From Bugula neritina (lineage: Eukaryota; Animalia; Bryozoa): 64,000 bases of DNA. Below are positions 30,724 through 45,200 of the stretch, piece after piece. Position 1 is the first letter of the stretch. The number at the start of each line of letters is the position of its first letter. A model generated the notes under the pieces. The model was given only the letters and a program-made list of their open reading frames with translations. It was not told the origin of the DNA and did no database searches. The position numbers and the translations under genes were made by a program. The stretch spans positions 35,054,080-35,118,079 of the forward strand of contig OZ037765.1 of the NCBI GenBank assembly GCA_964035545.1, in the 5' to 3' direction.

Positions 30724-32599
30724 AAAAATACTTCAAATTCTGGAATATAATATTTGCACTATGAATATACTATTATATAAATTATTTTGATATGTTTTGA
30801 AATATAATGTAGATAATAATCAACGGTTATCTGGTTATTTTATGTCAAATATAACTATAGCAATCATGGTGCTATTGTATCTGTGTCGCCTTACTGTTGC
30901 GAGTCTGCATAAACAACAAAACAAATGACTCATTGTATATATATTGTGCCTCTATTTCAAGCAATCTAAATATTGAAAACTTTGCAAATGCAATAACCAA
31001 TTCAGCTGTAACTTTTTTGTTATTGGTTAAGATATAGCAAATATGAAGTCTAAATATTATTGCAATGAAAGTTTACTTTAATTTTTATGCAGATAAAATA
31101 AAGCTGTTAAATAAACCACATACTATTATTGTAAAAAAAATGTTTCAAATATAGTGTTAATTGTAGTAGTTAGTCCTGAACTTGCAGCTAGTTTACTTTG
31201 TAAAACTGTATATGCATGTATATGAAAATTCTTACCTCTTTAGAAATTAACCTCCCTAGCTTTAATTGGCCGAATTCCAACACGAAATCCTTGGGGTATT
31301 TGTCGTTATGCAATCGTAATTTTATCGACTTGCTTATAGTGGAAATTTTCACGCTTAAACTTGCATCCACCGGTCTGCTCTGCAGCAGAACAATTTTGCT
31401 GACCCTCCTCAACACAACTTGTCAGTAGCTTAGCTCTGACTGAGGCTTCGTGAAGAGCCTATCAACACATCTAGTTATTTAGCCAGTGTGAGCCGGTGCT
31501 GGCTCCTTTTTATCAAAGTATGCTAATTTTTTATTTGTTTTGCATTACTTATCATTCATGTTAAAGCTGCTGGAAGTTTTAATTTCTGCAACAGACTTTA
31601 ATAATAATTTAAGATTAAGAATAATATTTTGGTTTAGTTTATGTTTTACGTTAGTCATTATGATTATGATTATATAATTTATTATTAATATTATGATAAA
31701 TTTATCATGGGTTACAGTTACTCATCCCTGAGTTAGTGTTACAATATCTATCAGTAACAGGTATCGTTAATGTTGTACCAATACTCATACTGATAATCAT
31801 AATGTTGATGATTATAGCATTAACTGTTAACAAGTTAAACACTGTTTTGAACTTAGAAAATGTTTAAGTTAATCTATCATCATCATGATACTGATCGAAC
31901 TAATAATAATATATTCCATTCATATATTAATATTCAAAATTTACTTTACAATATTTGTTTTTAATTTTATATCAGTATTGCTGTTTTTACTTTCACCACT
32001 ATGATTATTGCCAATAAAATACTAAATGATATTTATATTGAAATAATATGAGGATAACACTGAAAGACAAAAAAAGCTCAAAGTTAATCATTATGACTAT
32101 GACCATTTGTTTTTAATTTTATTATGTTAACATTATAATATTATTTATTATATAATTATTTTATGTATATATAATATATCACTACCAATTGAAGTTAAAC
32201 TGAAAGCATTACTGATTACTCAATTTCAGAGGATTCAAATCTAGTGTGGGCTTAGCCATAATCATAATGATAATCATAACTCCATAGTAGTAACTGTAAG
32301 AAGTTCTAAAATCAAAGAAAGATTATTTTTACAGTATAGTTCAGGCTTTATTCAATCTACTAGCATTAACAGCTGTTAGAGTAATGCTACAGTTGCAGAG
32401 GTATATGTCACTAGATGTATATACACACAATTAATATTATATATTCAATAATCATTCTGGAAGCAAACTATAAGCACTATATGTTGTACAAATATGAAAT
32501 AGCTGAAACTGTACAATTAGTTACAGTTGATAATGTTCAATAAAAATGCTCATGATTAAATATATATTTATTAGACAAAAATTAACAACGATAATCTAA

Positions 32600-33081
32600 A
32601 TGGAAGAAACTGACACAGCTTTAGAATCAGAAGAAGGGGTAAATGTGAGTAAAATTATTGGTACTAGAAACACAGACCCCGAGATTGAGCCAGTGGAGTA
32701 TGAGAAAGCTTCTGAAGTGGTGACAGAATCACTACTAACTGTTCAGCATTTATCAACAGAAATGCTTGATATACAAGGTAATTGAAGCCTGATTTGTATT
32801 CTTGCATTCAAGAAATTCAAAATAATGACGCAAGTATAACATGGTTGTGTATTCCAGTGAAATGTGTTGAATACCTGGTTGACTGGTGTTCACAATGGGG
32901 TCCAGAGATGGAGGTGCAAACAGCAGACGTTATATCTGCGTGTGATGACTGCCATACATACTATGACCAAGTGATGAATAGAATAGACAATCTACAAATG
33001 GAGCTAAATCTTCAAACTAAAACAATAGATGCACCAGATATCGGCCATGAACTTGAAATGGGTGGAAATACTGACTGTTGA
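32600..33081 (+). CDS. Small acidic helical protein (~133 aa), 2 exons, possible SYCE3-like
   Basis: Two track ORFs join in frame through an 80-bp GT-AG intron at 32778-32857 (CAA G|gtaatt...ttccag|TG AAA). Family assignment is tentative. Confidence 0.55.
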
Positions 33082-33293
33082 ATTTAACTGTAATAATTTT
33101 TTATTTGTTTAAATATAAATATAAAAGTTGACATTATTTTTGTTGAGAAAATAAAATAAGTATTACCAATCGACTTTGAGTGCTTTGATTGCTGGTGAGT
33201 GCTATAAAAACTTTCAAGTAAAAGTTCAACAATATCTACAAAAATAGCAGTGTATAAAATGCTTGAATAATAATGTTTATTGTTGACCATCCT

Positions 33294-36200
33294 CTATCGT
33301 GCTAGAACTTCTCTGTACTGGTCGAATATGAATGTTGGAATATGAGCCTCAATAACCTATAAAGTAAAATACACAACAGCTAAAACTTAAGCTCTCTTCT
33401 CACAAATTCAACTTTTACATTTGTGGCCATATAATAGTTACAGGGTAATGGCATTTATTGATTGCCACCTCCATAGAAAACAACTGATTCTAAATCATTG
33501 TCAGGTGGAGATTAGTTGGTTTTTTATGTTATGAATATTTTAACTAGTGAATAAAAGATTCAGTCAAATTAATCACATACCTTTCGGCGTATTCTCCCAT
33601 GATATATAAACTCTTCAAGGAACAGCATCCCACATACTGCATCGGCTGGAAAATCTTGCATCTTCTGACTGAAAATATTTAAATTTCTGCAATAATGTGC
33701 AGTGTTGCCTAGTAATCAACTATGCTTTATATAAATTCATAACATGAGAAATTTCTGAATAACACATGTGAATGTTGAACGAGCAAGTATAGAACTTTTT
33801 AATGATATAAAAGTGACAAGAGACTTTCACCAGTGAGAATATTGAGCTAGTAATACTCATACTTAGCTGATCCTTCCAGTGACAGAGTCTTGATATACTG
33901 TGCCAAAAGCTGGAAGAAAGTGTCCGTCAGTGTAGAGTTGAATTGCTTCAATACCGTCAGACAGCCAATGACAAATGGTGCACCATCCAACCCATCTGTC
34001 ATTCGTTTAGACATCATTGTGCCTAATTAAAGAATTACTCAATACTGTGAGAAGGTATCATCGGAGATATTTTAGTGTAATTTGTTGGTGCAGAATGTTT
34101 TATATTTGAGGTTTAATGTCAGGCTTAGCCTTTATAAAATGGCAAATTCAGAGCTTTACGAGTGAAATTCATTATGATAATTTATTATAAACACAACCTC
34201 CTCTGTTATTTCGCAGAGAAAACTTTACATTTTTAAAACTGAGTGAAAATAGTTTTATTGGAAAACTTTTTACGTTGGTAAATGGGAAAACAACAAGTTT
34301 GCTAAAAGAAGTCTCAGTACACAAGGATGTATTTATAGACTATAGCATAGTCAATAGCAAGTGAAAGTCTCAGTACACTAGGATGTATTTATAGACTATA
34401 GAACAGTCAATAGCAAGTGAAAGTCTTAGTACACTAGGATGTATTTATAGACTATAGAATAGTCAATAGCAAGTGAAAGTCTTAGTACACTAGGATGTAT
34501 TTATAGACTATAGAATAGTCAATAGCAAGTGAAAGTCTCAGTACGCTAGGATGTATTTATAGACTATAGAATAGTCAATAGCAAGTGAGCACTTGTTGAC
34601 TGCAATATGAGACTGCCTTAGGTTTCAACAGGTCTTGAAAAGCTGATAATCAGTTGATACTGTGTATCACAAGAGATTGCACTACGTACCGACACTCTTG
34701 ATATATTGCAGCTTGGGAAGTTGTGTGATCACCAGCATAAATATAGCTAAGGGTAGAGATGGTATGTTCTTGGTAGTTATGTATATCTACAACATGTAAT
34801 AAAATATACAAGTAAAACAAGGGCTGAAAATTCTTATCATTAAACTGCTTATACAGGTTTCTATATTTTCTCTCATACAAACAGTAAATCTATGTTCACT
34901 TAAGCTATAAAAAGTTCCAATTGGCAATTCAAGTCTTACATTAGAGCAGCACAAATAATCAAATGATTAGACCACTAGCTGTCACACAAACTAACAATTA
35001 TTGTGACTAGCTGCAAAATCAAGACTCTTTTTCTCTACTCAATTATTATTATACCACCAATATTGATTATTAATGGGAAACGAAAACCACAATTCCTTCA
35101 CATGAGTCACTGCATCACTAGCATGGTTTACTAAACACAAACTGAGTGAGAACTGGCACAGCCACACAATATACAACCTTGTCAAAGGGGTTTGAGAGTC
35201 CTATAGATTCCAGGTAACTGGTCAGTTCATACATGAGAGGGTTTTCTTCACTTGGATAGGGTAGACTGGGCTCCTTGTAGTGCTTCTCAATATCATTCAG
35301 CAATGACCTTAATCAATCATATTGTATACAGAGTGCACAGAACTACTAAACAGGTAAAACAAACTAAACTATAGTCACTAAAAGATAAAAAGTTGCTATT
35401 TAATAGATTGCTAACAATTGAAAAAGCAATTTTCAAAGCCATAAACATTAACGAATATAAATATTATTAAAAAGAATAAAAGGTGGACGATAAATAACAT
35501 AAAATAAAAAAATAATCATCATAATTGCAAGTCCTGTAATTTAAACATTGCAAGTAGATATTTGACCAGAGTTCGGATTGGTGACTCACACATTCATATT
35601 GGACAAGGCACTGGCCAGGAACTTAGAGTCAAACTTAGAGGAAGTGGCTAACTCATGGGCTATCTGTTTCCTTAGTAACTGCATTTGTCCAATCTATAAA
35701 ATACCACATAATTCAGAATGTTATATCTGTGTACTAGTCGGTGTATAATATATCAGTTGGTATATAACATATACTAGTGAGTACAGAGAACTCTAACTCA
35801 CCTTGAGGATGGAGTTGACAAACGGAGGCCACAGCTTGGCTCCAGCTTGTGAAATCTGTTGATAAACTTTCTGATCAGCTAAACATACGAACATAGCATT
35901 TCAAGTAAAATACAAACCAAGTAGAATGTGTAAAAATAGAGGCTAGATATATAGATATATATTCTGCTAGCTGCGTATTTAGAAAGCTGGAGAGTTGGCA
36001 GTATGCATTGAATACAGCAGAAATATTCTCTGATACGGAAGAAGATTAACATGACCAAACATGGTGCTGATGAGATATTATTCAACATTACAAAATACAT
36101 TCACAAGAAACTTTCACTCTTATAAATCACTAAATTAATTTTTTTATGCAAATATCTTTATACTGATTAGAGTAAGTAAATATTACGTTTTCTGATTATA

Positions 36201-39200
36201 TGAAGAGTAAGTAACAGAGTAGGTAACAGAGTAGGTAACAGAGTAGGTAATAGAGAAGGTAACAGAGTAGGCAATAGAGTAGGTAACACAGGAGGTAATA
36301 GAGTAGGTGGACACATGTGACTCACCAGGAAGTCTGTCTATAGGCATCAGGGCTGACTCAGCAACCGACTTCACTTCCAACCAGACTTTCTCCCTGGCGA
36401 CAACTCTCTCAAGGTACTTGACAAGTTCTTGCAGCTGCTGTACTATCATGAATGAGAAGAGCCTGTCTAGCCCTGTCAGCCCCATGACATCCACACTTTG
36501 CTACCAAAGATTATATATACTTATAGTGTAGCTCCACACTCTGCTACCAAAGATTATATATATTTATAGTGTAGCTCCACGCTGTGCTACCAAAGATTAT
36601 ATATATACTTATAGCGTAGCTCCACACTCTGCTACCAAAGATTATATATATTTATAGTGTAGCTCCACACTCTGCTACCAAAGATTATATATATACTTAT
36701 AGCGTAGCTCCACACTCTGCTACCAAAGATTATATATATTTATAGTGGTCAGGTCAGGATCTAATAACCTGCTACTGGTACCATGTAATCCAGTACCACC
36801 TGTTTCATGATCGAGCCGCTGGCGACTAAACCAGTGTACACCCGCTGCCTTGCGGGATGTGTTTCAAATAAACACAAAGGCTATGGGAGGTGGTCCCTAT
36901 ACAAACACAACGGGTCTGTGAACACTCGTCAGGAAACTGAAAGGGCGAATGAATTCCATGAATCAACGGCCATTCACTGCAACTAGGTATGTTTTCCAGT
37001 CGTCGAGGCTCCCTTGCCACTGGATCCATACATGCCTAGCCAAGCTTACAGAGTATCGTTTCGTGCGACAATGCTCTATACCACGCACAGCTTCTGCTTG
37101 CAACCCTCCTCAAGCCCTGCGGCGATTGGAGCGTAGCGACGGGAACAGGGAAGTGAAGCCTGGAAGTTTCCAGTTACAAACCAGCACGTAGGCGGTAGAG
37201 ATTTATCAGTCGCTCAACTTAGGACAGGGAGCAGTATGGTTGTTCGGTAGTGATCTCTATGACTGAGCAGTCCTTTTTAGGACCCACTCTGCTCACCTCA
37301 ATCAGAGGAGAGGGCTAGAAAAGGTGCCCCAAACATAGTCTGCTCCCAACTCAACCTGGCTGGATTACCGCGTCCAGCGGGTTCACCTCTTTGCGGTCAG
37401 AAAATACAAATGAACATAGCAACCTGGAATGTACGGACAATGATGGACAATGATAAATCAAACAGACCTGAGAGAAGAACGGCTTTCATAGCTCGTGAAC
37501 TCAGAAGACTAAATGTAGACATAGCAGCCCTTCAGGAAACTCGCTTAGCTGATGAAGGGCAGCTCACGGAAATTGGTGGTGGGTACACTTTTTTCTGGAG
37601 AGGGAAACCAGCTGATGAACAGAGAGTTCATGGGGTTGGTTTCGCTATCAAGAATGAGGTTGTGAGGAAACTCGACCAGCTACCAGTGGGAATCAACGAC
37701 AGGATGATGACTCTCCAACTAAACCTACGCCGCAACAGGAAAGCAACATTGATTTCAGCATATGCACCGACATTGCTTGCTGATCATCAGGAAAAGGAGC
37801 AGTTCTACTCCAATCTAGATATGGTTCTATCAGGGATCCCCAAGAGTGCGAAAATCATGGTCCTTGGAGATTTCAATGCTCGGGTTGGAAAAGATCACCA
37901 TGTGTGGAAAAAGATAATTGGTAAAGATGGGACTGGGAAGCTAAATAGCAATGGGGAAATACTGCTCACCAAATGTGCTGAACACTCCTTGGTAATCACA
38001 AACACTCTTTTTAGACAGAAAGACCGACGCAAGACCTCATGGAGACATCCCAGATCTGGCCACTGGCACCTTATCGACTACATCATTGTCAAACAACGGG
38101 ATGTGCAGGATGTGTGTATAACCCGAGCTATGGACCTATCTGATGCTTGCTGGACAGACCATCGACTGATTCTGGCAAAAATGAACATATGTATTCATCC
38201 AAAACAAATGAACAGGAAAAGAAAGCAGACAAAAATAAATCTATCGCTGCTCAACCAGCCAGAAATAAAGCAGAGCTTCCAAAGTGAGCTCACAGAGAAT
38301 ATCCAAGATATTGATATAAATTCTACTCATGGCAGCTGGGAAGTTCTGAGAGATTCGATCTTGAAAACATGCCACTCAACCCTGGGTAAACCAGAACGAA
38401 AACATGAAGATTGGTTTGATGACAACGAACAAGAAATAAACGAGCTCATAAAGGAGAAACGCCATGCTTTCAGCTTATGGCACCAAGACTATAGAAATGT
38501 GGAAAAAAGGGAACATTATCATAAAATGAGAAGGAAAGTACAGGCGAGAATAAGGACAATAAAAAATGACTGGTGGATCCGAAAATCTGAGGAGCTTCAG
38601 AGACTTGCTGAGACAAACAGTAGCAAAGAGTTCTTTTCCGCTACGAAGAGATTGTATGGCCCAATTTTTGGAGGATGTGGGCCAATAGCTTCCAAAGATG
38701 GTTCCACAATACATAAGGGGAAAGATGAGATCAAGGGCAGATGGGCTGAACATTTCTCAGAGCTGCTTAACCAAGACACTATGGTAGATGAGAAGACCTT
38801 AGAATGTCTGCCACAACTGTCAATACTGACCCACCTAGCCGAACCCCCAACGATTGACGAACTTGAGAAAGCATTATCCATGACTAAGTCAGGAAAAGCT
38901 GCCGGACCGGATGGAATACCTGGAGAGATTTTTAAAGGTGGTGGGCTAGAATTGAACAGAAAATTGCTGGAGCTCTTTCAGCTGATTTGGGAAAAAGAAT
39001 CACTTCATCCTGATCTGAAGGATGCTAATATTGTAACTCTTTACAAGAAGGGTAACAGAGCCGATTGTGGAAACTATAGGGGTATCTCTCTGCTATCCAT
39101 TGCTGGAAAGCTTCTGGCGAGAATAGTTAGTTTTAGACTTGGCCAATTGACAGAGAGATGCCTACCAGAGAGCCAATGTGGCTTCAGACCTTACCGAGGA

Positions 39201-42200
39201 ACTGTGGATATGATTTTTGCTGCTCGGCAGATTCAAGAAAAATGCCTAGAGCAGCACCGTGATCTGTTTATGGCATTCATCGATCTAAAGAAAGCCTTTG
39301 ACACAGTTCACAGACCAACGCTGTGGAAAGTGCTAGGCAAGATTGGATGCCCCGACAAATTAGTTACCATCATTCGCATCTTACATGATGACATGAAGGC
39401 ATCAGTATTAGTTGATGGAGACCACTCTAAGGAGTTTCCTGTGAACACAGGAGTAAAACAGGGATGTGTGATAGCACCTACTTTGTTCTCGATTTTCCTC
39501 ACTGCTGTACTTCAACTAGTGAGTGAATGTATGCCATCTGGAGTAAGAATCAGATATAGATTTAATGATATTTTCAATGTCAGACGTCTCAGAGCTAAGA
39601 CGAAGACAGCTACCGAGGCTATCCATGAACTGCAGTATGCTGATGATAACATGATCATGGCTCATTCCGAGGAGGAACTTCAACTTGCTCTCACAGCATT
39701 CAATACAGCATACACCTCTCTTGGTCTAACACTCAATGCCAAGAAGACGCAAGTAATGTACCAACCACACCCGAATACTGAAAGACATGAGGATTTTTCC
39801 CTCAAGGTGGGAGACCAAATATTAGACCAAGTCACTACCTTCAACTATTTAGGTAGCTGCCTATCCTCTAAAGCAAACATTGATGCTGAAATAAACCGAA
39901 GACTCCAGGCCGCCAGCTCCGCATTTGGGAGGCTGCAAACACGCATTTTCAACAACAAGGATATATACAGACAGACCAAACTAAAAGTATACAAAGCCAT
40001 TGTTCTCCCGACACTACTTTATGCCTCTGAAACTTGGGTAACCTACAGCCACAACCTGCTGTCCCTCGAGAGATTTCACAACCGCAGTCTCAGGCGAATC
40101 CTCGGAGTCAAATGGCAAGACAGGCAGACTACTAACAGTGTCCTCGATAAAGCTCAAACTACAAGTATTACTACCATGATTGTGAAGAGACAACTGAAGT
40201 GGTCTGGCCATGTGGTAAGAATGGATGATAACCGGCTACCAAAAAAGATCATGTACTCTGAGCTGAACACTGGAAATCGCTCACAGGGTGGTCAGAGGAA
40301 AAGGTATAAAGACACTCTACACGAGAGCCTTAAGCAGTGTTTCATTCGACCACAGACCTGGGAAGTTCAGGCCTTGGACAGAAAAAATTGGAGAACTGTT
40401 GTGCATCAAGGGACAGCGATTTTTGAACAACAACAACGCCAAAAACGAGAGCACAAACGGTTGTTAAGGAAAAGCAGGGAGTTAGGCTCTGTTACACACC
40501 CACCAGTGACTAACTCTAGTAACATTTGTCCTCACTGTGGCAAATTATGCCGATCTCGAATTGGGCTTGTGAGTCACCTCAGAACTCACAACCTCTAGTA
40601 GGATTTTACGGATTTTTGAACTGGAACGGATTACGGATCACGGCACAGACTAGGGCTTGCAAGCAGACATCATACTCGTCACACGAGGGATTGCTGACAC
40701 ACATATTTATAGTGTAGCTCCACACTTTGCTACCAAAGATTATATATATATTTATAGTGTAGCCCCACACTCTGCTACCAAAGATTATATATATTTATAG
40801 TGTAGCTCCACACTTTGCTACCAAAGATTATATATATATTTATAGTGTAGCCCCACACTCTGCTACCAAAGATTATATATATTTATAGTGTAGCTTCCCA
40901 CTGTGCTACCAAAGATTATATATACTTATAGTGTAGCTCCCACTTTACTACCAAAGATTATATATACTTATAGTGTAGCTCCACACTGTGCTACCAAAGA
41001 TTATATATATTTATAGTGTAGCTGCCCACTCTGCTACCAAAGATTATATATATTTATAGTGTAGCTCCCCACTCTGCTACCAAAGATTATATATATTTAT
41101 AGTGTAGCTCCCCACTCTGCTACCAAAGATTATATATATTTATAGTGTAGCTCCCCACTCTGCTACCAAAGATTATATATATTTATAGTGTAGCTCCCCA
41201 CTCTGCTACCAAAGATTATATATATATTTATAGTGTAGCTCCCCACTCTGCTACCAAAGATTATATATATTTATAGTGTAGCTCCCCACTCTGCTACCAA
41301 AGATTATATATATTTATAGTGTAGCTCCCCACTCTGCTACCAAAGATTATATATATTTATAGTGTAGCTCCCCACTCTGCTACCAAAGATTATATATATA
41401 CTTATAGCGTAACTCCCCACTTTACTACCAAAGATTATACACACAGATATGCTGGTGCTCTACCTGCAACTGATGGGCAAGCCTGCTGTTCACAACCTCT
41501 TCCTTTGTCTTGTAGTCATACCAGGCACTCATCTGGTCTATGTACACAGTTGATCTACAGAAAAAGGTTCTGAGGCTATGTAGCTATATATGACAGTACT
41601 ATGTAGCTATATATGACAGTACTATGTAGCTATATATGACAGTACTATGTAGCTATATATGACAGTACTATGTAGCTATATATGACAGTACTATGTAGCT
41701 ATATATGACAGTACTATGTAGCTATATATGACAGTACTATGTAGCTATATATGACAGTACTATATAGCTATATATGACAGTACTATGTAGCTATATATGA
41801 CAGTACTATGTAGCTATATATGACAGTACTATGTAGCTATATATGACAGTACTATGTAGCTATATATGACAGTACTATGTAGCTATATATGACAGTACTA
41901 TGTAGCTATATATGACAGTACTATGTAGCTATATATGACAGTACTATGTAGCTATATATGACAGTACTATGTAGCTATATATGACAGTACTATGTAGCTA
42001 TATATGACAGTACTATGTAGCTATATATGACAGTACTATGTAGCTATATATGACAGTACTATGTAGCTATATATGACAGTACTATGTAGCTATATATGAC
42101 AGTACTATGTAGCTATATATGACAGTACTATGTAGCTATATATGACAGTACTAAGCTATGTAGCTATATATGACAGTACTATGTAGCTATATATGACAGT

Positions 42201-45200
42201 ACTATGTAGCTATATATGACAGTACTATGTAGCTATATATGACAGTACTATATAGCTATATATGACAGTACTATATAGCTATATATGACAGTACTATGTA
42301 GCTATATATGACAGTACTATGTAGCTATATATGACAGTACTATGTAGCTATATATGACAGTACTATGTAGCTATATATGACAGTACTATGTAGCTATATA
42401 TGACAGTACTATGTAGCTATATATGACAGTACTATGTAGCTATATATGACAGTACTATGTAGCTATATATGACAGTACTATGTAGCTATATATATGACAG
42501 TACTAAGCTATGAATAACCCCAAAGGGGAGATAAACCTGCAGTTAGAATCTCACCGAGGATCCGTGATTCTGAGAATCTCCTGCGCCAACCTGCCAATGA
42601 AGTTCACGGAGCTGTCAACAGGGGGAAACCGGGGAATGGGAATTGTCTTACTTTGATAAATGCTTTGGAAGTCTAACACCTGCAGAGAAGAGCATATTGC
42701 TGCTATTATTACAAGACATAGAGACTTGAGTTGACAAGACATAGAGACTTGAGTTGACAAGACATAGAGACTTGAGTTGAGAAGACATAGAGACTTGTCA
42801 ATTCAAGTTGAAAAGCAAGCGCTAGCTGGTGGTTTTATTATTCAATATGCATGTTGCATGGCAGGTTTATGAGCTACACACCTGTTCATTTACTACAAGC
42901 TTTAGTAAGAATTATGTCAACATATTTAAAGGTTTCAAGCAGGTGAGTCGAGGTAATATATAGAGACAACATCTACATAGTGACAGGAAGTAGCAGTGAC
43001 AGGAAGTAGCAGTGACAGGAAGTAGATGTGACAGGAAGTAGACTACCTTAGTTCGGAGGAAGCTGTTACACTCTTGCTCGACGTTGTAGTTAACAATACG
43101 AGACAGCTCCTCCTGCCATATCTTGAGGCCGTAGATATCCACGTAGTCCTGGATGTACTCAAATGACCTCCTGAACCCGTCCATCTTGGCACCGAGCTCA
43201 CGCAGACGCGGCATCAACTCACTCGTCTGCAAACGAGAGACAGACACAACTATCGCCAGAGTAACAGAAGAAATAAGTTCACCAGTTGTAATAGAACTTC
43301 AGACTACCACAAATAGGACTGACAATTTCTACAGACAGAGCAAAGAGTAGAACACACAAACTTTGAGTAAACATAAACAAACATACTGCTGTTAAATTAA
43401 AACATTCACATCACTTTTTCACATAAAAACTAAATCTTGCACTTCTAAAATAATGTCTACTGGCAGCATTCTATATAACTCTCCTTGAGTTCAGAAAACT
43501 GCTACCTATCTATGCGAAACCGGGTGACAAGGTGACCTTGACTTGACCTCAACTGTTGACTGACAAGAACAGTTAGCCTGAGTAACTTTTGACAGACCTT
43601 AGCCTTAGGATTGAACATGAGTCCTTTGTGTAGGGCGTATGCCACCTGTTTGACCAGCTCTTTTCTGATTCCATCCTCGAGGAGCTGCTTGGGGTCGACC
43701 TTGATGATCCCCATGAGGGTCGTCTTCATCATGAGTATCCCCTCGGTGAACACGGAGATTGCGTAGGTGAGTTCTGCAACCTGCACACAGTACCGAATAT
43801 GCAGGTAACACCCTCACTGTAGCAGTGTACTATACATAACACACAGTATTCTGCAGGTAACACCTTCACTGCAGCAGTGTACTATACATAACACACAGTA
43901 TTCTGCAGGTAACACCTTCACTGCAGCAGTGTACTATACATAACACACAGTATTCTGCAGGTAACACCTTCACTGTAACAGTGTACTATACATAACACAC
44001 AGTATTCTGCAGATAACACCTCACCTTGTATCTCTCGTCCAGCTGTGCATACTCCTTCATCTTGTCTTTATCCAGTCTGGTCGGCACTTCTCTGATCTTA
44101 CTAGTCTGCAGCTTGATGATCTGGTCCAGCAGGGAGAACATCGTCTCAGGTATAATCTACAGAATACTGTCTCAGGTATAATCTACAGAATACTGTCTCA
44201 GGTATAATCTACAGAACATCGTCTCAGGTATAATCTACAGAACATCGTCTCAGGTATAATCTACAGAACATCGTCTCAGGTATAATCTACAGAACATCGT
44301 CTCAGGTATAATCTACAGAACACTGTCCCAGGTATAATCTACAGAACATTGAAGCTGTAATCAAAGTTCAACACGGACCTGCAAGACTTTCCGGACGTAA
44401 GAGACCAGCTCCCCTGAGTAGTACTGAGAGACACTGATGAGGTCCGGACTCTTGGCCTGGCTAATTCTCATCAAGGGAAGGTCAAGGGCAGATGCTAGCT
44501 ATAAATAGTACGACAAGCGATAGTAGTCCTATAAATAGTATGAGACGTGGTGTAACATAGGACAACATACACATTTAATCATAATAAAATACCTTCAGGA
44601 AAGTTGCTCTTAGTTTAATGACAAGATCTGCTTTCTTCTTCACTCCTTCTTGCATATAAAACGTGTAACTAAAGCAAAGTTTGAAATACATAAATAAATA
44701 CACCAACAACTTCATGATAGTAAAAGATTCATTACTTTCCCCCAGTAGTTGGAACAAAAGTAAGCAATGCAACCTATTCTGGAGTAGAGTCACACAGTGA
44801 CATTTACTCAGTCACTCAGTCACTCAGACACTCACTCAGTCACCCACTCACTCACTCACACACTCACTTACACACCCACCCACTCTCTCACTCACTCTCT
44901 CACTCACTCACTCACTCACTCACTCACTCACTCACTCACTCACTCACTCACACACTCACTCACTAGCTCACTCACTCACACACTCACTCACTCACTCACA
45001 CACACACTCACTCACCCACTCACTCACTCACCCACTCACTCACTCACCCACACACGCACTCACTGACTGACTGACTGACTGACTGACTCACTGACTCACT
45101 TACTGACTGACTCACTCACTCACACACTCACTCACTTACTCACTCACTCACTCACTCACCTGTCTATGATCTGCCAGGCATAACTAAGATCCGATACAAT

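Larger units (their letters stand above)
36490..41440. repeat. 43-47 bp minisatellite copying a WASHC5 acceptor and exon start, split by an RTE insertion
   Basis: ccacactctgctaccaaagattatatatatttatagtgtagct units at 36490-36747 and 40703-41440. The real acceptor is TTTGGTAG|CAAAGTGTGG at 36500. Confidence 0.9.

Noticed and set aside
31188-31428. Overlapping 70-75 aa ORFs on both strands
   Set aside because: No motifs and no convincing splice linkage; may be UTR or promoter sequence.
36748-36970. HDV-like ribozyme at the RTE 5' end (known in some RTE elements)
   Set aside because: Several hairpins and a GGCGAATG word are present, but I could not build the nested double pseudoknot by hand; a covariance-model search is needed.
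36490-42512. CRISPR-like appearance of regular repeats
   Set aside because: Units are contiguous with no unique spacers, there are no cas genes, and the context is a eukaryotic intron.
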